From contig NZ_CP053627.1 in NCBI RefSeq assembly GCF_013177435.1, positions 2,550,001-2,582,000 of the forward strand: a stretch of 32,000 bases of DNA. Reading direction: 5' to 3'. A program made the translations under genes and the position numbers. The notes below the pieces were generated by a model. The model did not search any database. It had not been told where the DNA came from and worked only from the letters and a program-made list of their open reading frames with translations. Source of the stretch: Xylella taiwanensis (GTDB taxonomy: Bacteria; Pseudomonadota; Gammaproteobacteria; Xanthomonadales; Xanthomonadaceae). This document shows positions 21,638-28,433 of this stretch, piece by piece. Positions within the stretch are counted from its first letter, which is position 1. Every line of letters starts with the position of its first letter.

Positions 21638-22039
21638 TCAAAAACACCAATCGTAATAATCCTCACCATGATCTCCTACTCCTTTCGATACCCAGACGGC
21701 AACGAATGGACACTCGTCGATCACTAACCAAATTCCATTCAATAGCGCTTCATCCGAAGCAGGAAAACAGCTTCCAAACATCTCTAGCAACGCCTCGGTG
21801 GGACCCTCCATGATAAGTCCGTCCTTTCTATTACCAAGCTTGAAACGACCCTCATCAAGTAATTTCCCGATGATCAACAAGAAATCGTTTTTTCTTTCCT
21901 CAAACGAGTCCAGATCCACTTGAGTATCAGAAACTCCATGTGCCCTCCCTACATACTCCCAAAGAATATGCAAAGGCTGTCCTTCACTGTCACAAATAAA
22001 ATCTATCTGCTCTTGGATTAACACAAAATCACCTATCAC
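21638..22039 (-). CDS. CDI immunity protein, type 2 (copy d)
   Basis: 133 aa: MIGDFVLIQEQIDF...SFEERKNDF...GKLLDEG...FPASDEAL...CPFVAVWV...GEDYYDWCF. Its start overlaps the stop of the upstream toxin fragment. Confidence 0.7.
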   Translation of the reverse strand: MIGDFVLIQEQIDFICDSEGQPLHILWEYVGRAHGVSDTQVDLDSFEERKNDFLLIIGKLLDEGRFKLGNRKDGLIMEGPTEALLEMFGSCFPASDEALLNGIWLVIDECPFVAVWVSKGVGDHGEDYYDWCF

Positions 22040-22398
22040 CTAAATTTAAGTTCGACTGTTTTATTTGTAATCTCCATCAAAGAAGGATTATTTGCTATAT
22101 CAATCGTCCACCTCGCTTTAGTCGCTGCTTCTGAAGAAGACACAGACCTCAAACGCACACTGGTTCCATCACTGAGTTTAGCCAGATAAACCCCTGGGCT
22201 TACCTGATTTAAAGGCACATCTCCGGCTAATTGCTGTGCATAGTTTTTAATATCCTGATCCGTTAAGACCTGGGAATCAAATACCTTAGTCGTGCCGCTC
22301 CTATTACTTCCCCCTCTCACTTTGGGGTCATACGGGGTGGCTTTGACATTGACATTGCTTCGATTCAACAGCGATGCTTGCAGCAACATCGCATGCAA
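22036..22398 (-). CDS. Orphan cdiA-CT fragment, type 2 toxin domain (copy d)
   Basis: ...PYDPKVRGGSNRSGTTKVFDSQVLTDQDIKNYAQQLAGDVPLNQVSPGVYLAKLSDGTSVRLRSVSSSEAATKARWTIDI...VELKFR is homologous to the C-terminus of 26589-27804. It lacks a pretoxin region, and only TTG and internal ATG starts are available. Confidence 0.65.
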   Translation of the reverse strand: MHAMLLQASLLNRSNVNVKATPYDPKVRGGSNRSGTTKVFDSQVLTDQDIKNYAQQLAGDVPLNQVSPGVYLAKLSDGTSVRLRSVSSSEAATKARWTIDIANNPSLMEITNKTVELKFR

Positions 22399-22468
22399 GC
22401 ACCTAAAAGAAGAAAATCCATCGCGTTTAATGATTTCACTGACGCAGTGTCAAGCCAATCAAACAACC

Positions 22469-22860
22469 TCACGTCCACTCATAATAATCTTCTCCATTTT
22501 CGCCTTCTCCTTTAAACACCCATACCGCTCCTGCCGGACACTCATCTGTAAAAAACCAAATTCCGACTTCGAGTCCTTCATCTGAAGCAGGAAACGCTTT
22601 TCTAAATAGATCGACTAATTCTTCGATGGTGCCCGTAATAAATTCACCTTTTTTGGCAAGCTTCAGCTTGCCCTCATCAAGTAATTTACCCAATAAAAAC
22701 AGGAAATCGTTTTTTCTTTCCTCAAACGAGTCCGGATCTACTTGCGCAGCAGAAACTCCATAGGCATTCCCTATATAACTCCAAGATAAATTAACCCCCC
22801 CCCCAAATCCTCATAAATAAAATCTATCTGTTCTTGAGTCAACATCACATCACCTCTCAC
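22469..22860 (-). pseudogene. CDI immunity protein, type 2 (copy c), frameshifted at a G10 homopolymer
   Basis: The GTG start at 22860 gives VRGDVMLTQEQIDFIYEDLGGG and then a stop. After the tract, the other frame reads VNLSWSYIGNAYGVSAAQVDPDSFEERKNDFLFLLGKLLDEG... through to the stop at 22469. One extra G restores exact colinearity with copy b. Confidence 0.75.
22795..22804. repeat. Homopolymer tract, C10 on the plus strand and G10 on the coding strand
   Basis: Read directly from the sequence: ttaa cccccccccc aaatcc. Confidence 0.95.
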
Positions 22861-23186
22861 CTAAATTTAAGTTCAACTCTTTGATTTGTAATTTCTCGCA
22901 AAGAAGGATTATCTTCTATATCAATCGTCCACCTCGCTTTAGTCGCTGCTTCTGAAGAAGACACAGACCTCAAACGCACACTGGTTCCATCACTGAGTTT
23001 AGCCAGATAAACCCCTGGGCTGACCTGCTTTAAAGGCACATCTCCGGCTAATTGCTGCGCGTAGTTTTTAATATCCTGATCAGTTAAGGCCTCTGATTTA
23101 AACACCTTCACATTACCCGCTTTATTACTTCCCCCTTTCACTTTGGGGTCATACGGGATGGCTTTGAACTCCACGCCTGCAATCAC
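22857..23186 (-). CDS. Orphan cdiA-CT fragment, type 2 toxin domain (copy c)
   Basis: IAGVEFKAIPYDPKVKGGSNKAGNVKVFKSEALTDQDIKNYAQQLAGDVPLKQVSPGVYLAKLSDGTSVRLRSVSSS...VELKFR. There is no pretoxin region. Confidence 0.65.
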   Translation of the reverse strand: MIAGVEFKAIPYDPKVKGGSNKAGNVKVFKSEALTDQDIKNYAQQLAGDVPLKQVSPGVYLAKLSDGTSVRLRSVSSSEAATKARWTIDIEDNPSLREITNQRVELKFR

Positions 23187-23250
23187 TCATTCATGATTGG
23201 GCTGATTTAACTAGCCGCTGGCAACACCATATCACCAGCGGCCTTGATGC

Positions 23251-23673
23251 TTATCCAAACAAATTACGCAAAGATTTCTTGACCTCGTCCACTGTGATTA
23301 TATCTTCGCACTCTTCGTAATCATCATAATCCTCGTAATCCTCGGGTCTGTTGTAATCATAATCTATATTGATTTTACCTGTGGGATAGACAGTAAATGT
23401 CAAACCCCAGATACGATGCCCAGTGCACTTTATAAGATCATCTCTAAGATATAAAACAGCAAAGTAACTACGAGTACTAAAACCATCAGAATCACCGATA
23501 TTTTTCTTATCCACACACCCGTCTTTTAATAACCAACATTCAGATGAAACCAATTTTGAATAAACCTCATATTTACCCACCACCTCATCCCAAGCACGCT
23601 CACCTGCAAAGGCTATAAGATCTTCTCCAATTGTTTGATAAGCCTCTTCTACATTTTGAAATTCATGATTCAT
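23251..23673 (-). CDS. Putative immunity protein for the nuclease orphan toxin (acidic C-terminal region)
   Basis: 140 aa. Its ATG overlaps the toxin stop (ATGA at 23670-23673). The C-terminal region is acidic (NRPEDYEDYDDYEECED). It may be YezG/DUF600-like, but that is a weak impression only. Confidence 0.6.
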   Translation of the reverse strand: MNHEFQNVEEAYQTIGEDLIAFAGERAWDEVVGKYEVYSKLVSSECWLLKDGCVDKKNIGDSDGFSTRSYFAVLYLRDDLIKCTGHRIWGLTFTVYPTGKINIDYDYNRPEDYEDYDDYEECEDIITVDEVKKSLRNLFG

Positions 23674-25039
23674 TGGTTAAATTCCCTTGAAATCTTTTTC
23701 CCGTCAATCTCTGCTTTAACCACAAACTTATTCGGCCTCACACCACCAGTGGCCGGATATAAAACATCAATATTTACACTCACGGACTTACCGTCCTGCA
23801 ATGCTTGATGCAACTGTTGTTCCATTTTTCTCCACCCGCTTCGGTTCAAAATCTCTGCCTGCGGCACGAGATTGATCCTATCACCAGCTCCGCCTAGGCT
23901 GGAGGCAATCAAATGCCCGCCTTCATCGCCCAGTTCGCCACATTTACCGACACAGCGTTGCTGGTAGGTATTGCGATCCATCTTTTTTGAAATCAAATCT
24001 GCTTGCACATTTTTTACTCGGCCTGCTGTGTCTGTCACATACCCATGACCGTTATCCAACACATAGGCTGTCTTAGGTTCCAGAGAACCATTGACCGCTT
24101 TATCCCAACCAGTGTTCTTGCTGCCTGTGGTGATTTGTTTGACCTGGCTGACATCGGCCCGCTTGGCTAACTGATCAGTCAATGCCTGACGCCGGGCGAC
24201 AACATCGGTTGCACCGGAGATCCAGCGACCGCCGATTTTGGCCGCTCTCACGCCGTATTTGGCCAGGTTGCCGATCATCACCGAGGCGATGTATTCCTCG
24301 CCTTTTTCTAGGGCCACTTGTTCTATGGTCTTTTCCCCTGAACGAATCGCTTTGATGTCTTGCCAGGCGTCATAGGCGGTCAGGCCTTTATCGGCTAACC
24401 AAAGGGCACCAATGAGCACGGGGACGAAGACCGCGTTGTTTTCGGTTTCCAGCCGGGCTGCTGCACTGCTCACCGCCGCTTCGCCACCGGCGGCGGCGGT
24501 GATGCCGGCCACCAGGCTGGTGACGGTATCGGTGCGCTGTTGTTTTTCCGCGGCGCTCAGGCTGGCGACGTCGGCGCCGGTGGTGCGGTCTAGTAGGTTA
24601 TTGATGACCACGGCCGCCGCCGCGCCAGTCGCGCCGGCGCCGCACCCTTGGCCTTGGGCGGCAGCACCAGCGCAGCCCAGCAGGCCTTGCAGGGCCGCAC
24701 GGGCCGGTTCGCTGTCTAGTTGGTCGGCCAGTGTTTTGACTTGGCTGGCGCCTAGGCTTTGCAGGTAGTTAACCGCAGCGCCTTGAAGCATTTGGGTGGC
24801 GCTGCCGGTCACGTGGCTGCCTGCGGCCAGGTTCAGGGCGGTCACAATCGTTCTGCCGGTGCCGCCTACGTCCCAGGTGGCGTTGTCTTGGAGGCGCTGT
24901 TGTAGGGCCGCGATTAGGGCCGGGTCACGTTGGTGTTCGGGTTTGGCGCGTTCGCTGTCTAGGGCCTGTTGGGTTTGGGTGGCTTCTTGAGCACGGTTGT
25001 TAATAAAGGTGCCGACTTCGCGCTGTAGGCCGCTGACGA
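23670..25039 (-). CDS. Orphan cdiA-CT module: pretoxin region with ETENN motif, a shared ~75 aa linker, and an Endonuclease_NS_2-like (His-Me finger) nuclease toxin
   Basis: The frame stays open upstream of the ORF-track start (a GTG at 24845) to about 25039, where homology to cdiA stops. ETENN is at 24435-24449. The C-terminal domain has DEGGHLIASSLGGAGDRINLVPQAEILN, which matches the D.GHLIA...GG...N.NL.PQ...N nuclease signature. Confidence 0.8.
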
Positions 25040-25116
25040 CGTTTTATGACTTCCCGCTTTATATCCGGATAGGGTTGATTTTAGATTTAAACCAAAAATA
25101 ATCCATTGATGATTTA

Positions 25117-25279
25117 GGCGACGCGACCCAAACACACCCTACTTTATTCAACAGCCTTGAATAAAACACCTTGATGGGTATTCACCGTCACACTCGCACC
25201 GGCACCACCCCCTTAGGGACGCTGCACCGGTGCAGCAACGCCGCTCACCTCAAGAGGCAGTGCAATTACTGAGGCATCA
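25117..25279. repeat. Cassette-junction repeat, copy B
   Basis: Shared with copies A and C. It contains the hairpin TTATTCAA-CAGCC-TTGAATAA (25144-25164) and the 16-bp palindrome GCTGCACCGGTGCAGC (25221-25236). Confidence 0.8.
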
Positions 25280-25684
25280 TCAAAAACACCACCCGTAATC
25301 ATCCTCATCAGGTTCTCCTTCTACTTCTCTTGTAAACAACCAGGCTGCAACGAATGGACAATCTGCAAAGAACCAAAGTCCTGCCTCTAGCGCTTCATCC
25401 GAAGCAGGAAAACATTGCCTGAACCGCTCCACCAATTCCTCGGTGGGACCCTCTATGATAACCTCGTCCTTTCTATGACCAAGCTTAAGCTTGCCCTCAT
25501 CAAGTAATTTCCCCAATGCAAAGAAGAAATCGTTTCTTCTTTCCTCAAACGAGTTCGGATCTACATCCACAGAAGAAACTCCATGCACCTCCCCTACATA
25601 ATCCCAAACATGATGAAACCCCGCCCTTAAATCCTCATAAATAAAATCTATCTGCTCTTGAGTTAACACAAAATCACCTATCAT
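25280..25684 (-). CDS. CDI immunity protein, type 2 (copy b)
   Basis: 134 aa: MIGDFVLTQEQIDFIYEDL...SFEERRNDF...GKLLDEGKLKLG...FPASDEAL...CPFVAAW...DYGWCF. Confidence 0.7.
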   Translation of the reverse strand: MIGDFVLTQEQIDFIYEDLRAGFHHVWDYVGEVHGVSSVDVDPNSFEERRNDFFFALGKLLDEGKLKLGHRKDEVIIEGPTEELVERFRQCFPASDEALEAGLWFFADCPFVAAWLFTREVEGEPDEDDYGWCF

Positions 25685-25959
25685 CTAAATTTAAGTTCAA
25701 CTTTTCGATTTGTAATTTCTCTCAAAGAAGGATTATTTTCTATAACAACTGTCCATCTTGCTCCTGTCACTTCATTTGAAGAAGAAACAGACCTCAAATG
25801 TAAAATGGTTCCATCATTCAGGTCGGCCCTATAAATCCCTGGCCTCATCTCCTTTAAAGGGACGTCTCCTGCCAATTCCTGTGCATAGTTTTTAATTTTC
25901 TGGTCGGTTAAGGCCTGAGAATCAAATACCTTCACATGACCCGCTTTATTACTTCCCCC
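25681..25959 (-). CDS. Orphan cdiA-CT fragment, type 2 toxin domain (copy b, the most truncated and most divergent)
   Basis: GGSNKAGHVKVFDSQALTDQKIKNYAQELAGDVPLKEMRPGIYRADLNDGTILHLRSVSSSNEVTGARWTVVIENNPSLREITNRKVELKFR. Homology starts at the GGSN motif. Confidence 0.6.
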   Translation of the reverse strand, partial: GGSNKAGHVKVFDSQALTDQKIKNYAQELAGDVPLKEMRPGIYRADLNDGTILHLRSVSSSNEVTGARWTVVIENNPSLREITNRKVELKFR

Positions 25960-26018
25960 TTCGGAGCAGGGCGAGATATGTTTTAGATTGATACCAGAAA
26001 TAAACTATTTATTATTTA

Positions 26019-26178
26019 GGCGACACCAATCAAAAACACTATAAATTTATTCAACAACGTTTAAATAAAACACCAGGATAGACGGCAATACCCGCACCGG
26101 CGCCGCCCCCTTTAGGGACACGGCACGGGTGCAGCAACACCGCTCACCTCAAGAGGCAGTGCAATTACTGAAGCATCA
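26019..26178. repeat. Cassette-junction repeat, copy C
   Basis: Shared with copies A and B, and more diverged in the AT-rich hairpin part. Confidence 0.8.
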
Positions 26179-26592
26179 TCAAAAACACCAATCGTAATCA
26201 TCCTCACCATGTTCTCCTACGCCTTTTAATACCCAGACGGCAACGAATGGACAATCTGTAAAGAACCAGAGTCCTCCCACTTCCTGATCAATCTCTTCAT
26301 CTGAAGCAGGAAAACATTGCCTGAATCGCTCCACTAGCTCCTCGATGGAACCCTCCAAGATACGCTCGTCCTTTCTATGACCAAGCTTAAGGTGACCCTC
26401 ATCCATTAATTTCCCGATGATAAACAGGAAATCGTTTTTTCTTTCCTCAAATGAATCCGGCTCCGCTTGATCAGTAGAAAGTCCATACGCATCCCCTATA
26501 TGAAACCAAAGAAAATGCAAAGGCTCCCCTGCCCTGTCACTGTCAGCAATAAAATCTATCTGCTCTTGGGTTAACACAAAATCACCTATCAC
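26179..26592 (-). CDS. CDI immunity protein, type 2 (copy a)
   Basis: 137 aa. Its GTG start overlaps the toxin stop (GTGA). It has the same conserved N- and C-terminal blocks as copies b to d. Confidence 0.7.
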   Translation of the reverse strand: MIGDFVLTQEQIDFIADSDRAGEPLHFLWFHIGDAYGLSTDQAEPDSFEERKNDFLFIIGKLMDEGHLKLGHRKDERILEGSIEELVERFRQCFPASDEEIDQEVGGLWFFTDCPFVAVWVLKGVGEHGEDDYDWCF

Positions 26593-27804
26593 CTAAATTT
26601 AAGTTCAACAGATCTTTGATTTACAACACCCTTCAGAGATGGATTGTCTAATACTTGAATAGTCCACCTCGCTGCGGTCTCTTTTTGTGAAGAAGAAACA
26701 GACCTCAAATGCACCCTAGTTCCATCACTGAGTTTAGCCATATAAACACCTGGACTCACCTGCTTTAAAGGGACATCTCCGGCTAATTGCTGTGCATAGT
26801 CTCTGATGTTCTGATCGGTTAACTTCTGCGAATCCAACACCTTAGTCGTCCCACTCCTATTACTTCCCCCTGAAGAGCCGCGCGGGGTGATTTTTACCTC
26901 TATGCCTGCAACGACTAATTCATCCTTTGAGTTACGCTTGCCAAAGAAATCTTTGAACTCGTCAAATCGCTTTTTTTGCTGCTGCGCCAGAACACTGCCA
27001 AGCGGCTTTGAGGTTAAATCCGGCCCTTTAGGATTGTGTGCAATTTGATCAAGGGCTTGTTTCTCGGCTTTGGCAATGTCATCGGCTTTGCCGGAGATCC
27101 AGCGACCGCCGATTTTGGCCGCTCTCACGCCGTATTTGGCCAGGTTGCCGATCATCACCGAGGCGATGTATTCCTCGCCTTTTTCTAGGGCCACTTGTTC
27201 TATGGTCTTTTCCCCTGAACGAATCGCTTTGATGTCTTGCCAGGCGTCATAGGCGGTCAGGCCTTTATCGGCTAACCAAAGGGCCCCAATAAGCACGGGG
27301 ACGAAGACCGCGTTGTTTTCGGTTTCTAGGCGGGCTGCTGCACTGCTCACCGCCGCGTCGCCACCGGCGGCAGCGGTGATGCCGGCCACCAGGCTGGTGA
27401 CGGTATCGGTGCGCTGTTGTTTTTCCGCGGCGCTCAGGCTGGCGACGTCGGCGCCGGTGGCGCGGTCCAGTAGGTTATTGATGACCACGGCCGCCGCCGC
27501 GCCAGTCGCGCCGGCGCCGCACCCTTGGCCTTGGGCGGCAGCACCAGCGCAGCCCAGCAGGCCTTGCAGGGCCGCACGGGCTGGTTCGCTGTCTAGTTGG
27601 TCGGCCAGTGTTTTGACTTGGCTGGCGCCTAGGCTTTGCAGGTAGTTGACCGCAGCGCCTTGAAGCATTTGGGTGGCGCTGCCGGTCACGTGGCTGCCGG
27701 CGGCCAGGTTCAGGGCGGTCACAATCGTTCTGCCGGTGCCGCCTACGTCCCAAGTGGCGTTGTCTTGGAGGCGTTGTTGTAGGGCCGCGATCAGGGCCGG
27801 GTCA
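26589..27804 (-). CDS. Orphan cdiA-CT module: pretoxin region with ETENN motif, the shared linker, and a type 2 toxin domain (copy a, the only copy still fused to a pretoxin region)
   Basis: Near-identical to 24214-24927 through ...GGRWISG, then diverges into ...VAGIEVKITPRGSSGGSNRSGTTKVLDSQKLTDQNIRDYAQQLAGDVPLKQVSPGVYMAKLSDGTRVHLRSVSSS...VELKFR. ETENN is at 27312-27326. Homology to cdiA upstream ends at 27804. Confidence 0.8.
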
Positions 27805-27875
27805 GGCTACCGCCGCCCTACCCTTGGGCGGCAGCGCAGCTCAGATTTAGTTCTTTTACTCAATGCATGATTTTT

Positions 27876-28433
27876 CTAACGCACCTCACTTGGAATCTGC
27901 GTCTCTGGCTTACGGTATGAATGCAGCCTTCTTTTAAATTCCCAGCGCTTTAAAGGTCGCATTCCACCCCGCATTTCGTTATAAACCCATTGTTGAGTTT
28001 TTTTAATGGCATCAAGAAATTCTTGATCTAATGTCCACGCCTTGGAGTGAATCACCCAGGGATTTTCTCGATATAAAGCAACCGTGACGTCGAAGTACTG
28101 CTCTATATTGTCTTTACCCTCATATCGATTACCCTCATATCGAGCGATGAGGGTGTCAATCTCTGGCAAAAAATAACACAGCGCTAATCCCAGTTCCGGC
28201 ACCGTCATCCGGGTGTCCGCATCAAGGGTTTGTCCATATGGCTCATTCAGAAGCAGATCAATGCCAATGACAAAAATGAAATGCTTTGATGAAAACTCGG
28301 CTTCTTTCAGTCTTCCCCTTGGATCTACAGGATAACTTTCAACAAAACCAAACTCAGCAAACTTGCGATGACATTCAACTTGTTTTAACCAGTATTTTTC
28401 CACTGTTTCCACTGTGAAAGATTGATTGCTCAT
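27876..28433 (-). CDS. cdiI: CDI immunity protein, type 1 (cognate partner of the resident CdiA-CT)
   Basis: 185 aa. Its ATG overlaps the cdiA stop (ATGA at 28430-28433). The gene is AT-rich compared with cdiA. Confidence 0.75.
   Translation of the reverse strand: MSNQSFTVETVEKYWLKQVECHRKFAEFGFVESYPVDPRGRLKEAEFSSKHFIFVIGIDLLLNEPYGQTLDADTRMTVPELGLALCYFLPEIDTLIARYEGNRYEGKDNIEQYFDVTVALYRENPWVIHSKAWTLDQEFLDAIKKTQQWVYNEMRGGMRPLKRWEFKRRLHSYRKPETQIPSEVR

Noticed and set aside
21400-27900. The possibility that the regularly spaced repeats are a CRISPR array.
   Set aside because: The repeat units are 160-700 bp and are separated by protein-coding toxin and immunity genes. There are no short (24-48 bp) identical repeats with uniform spacers.
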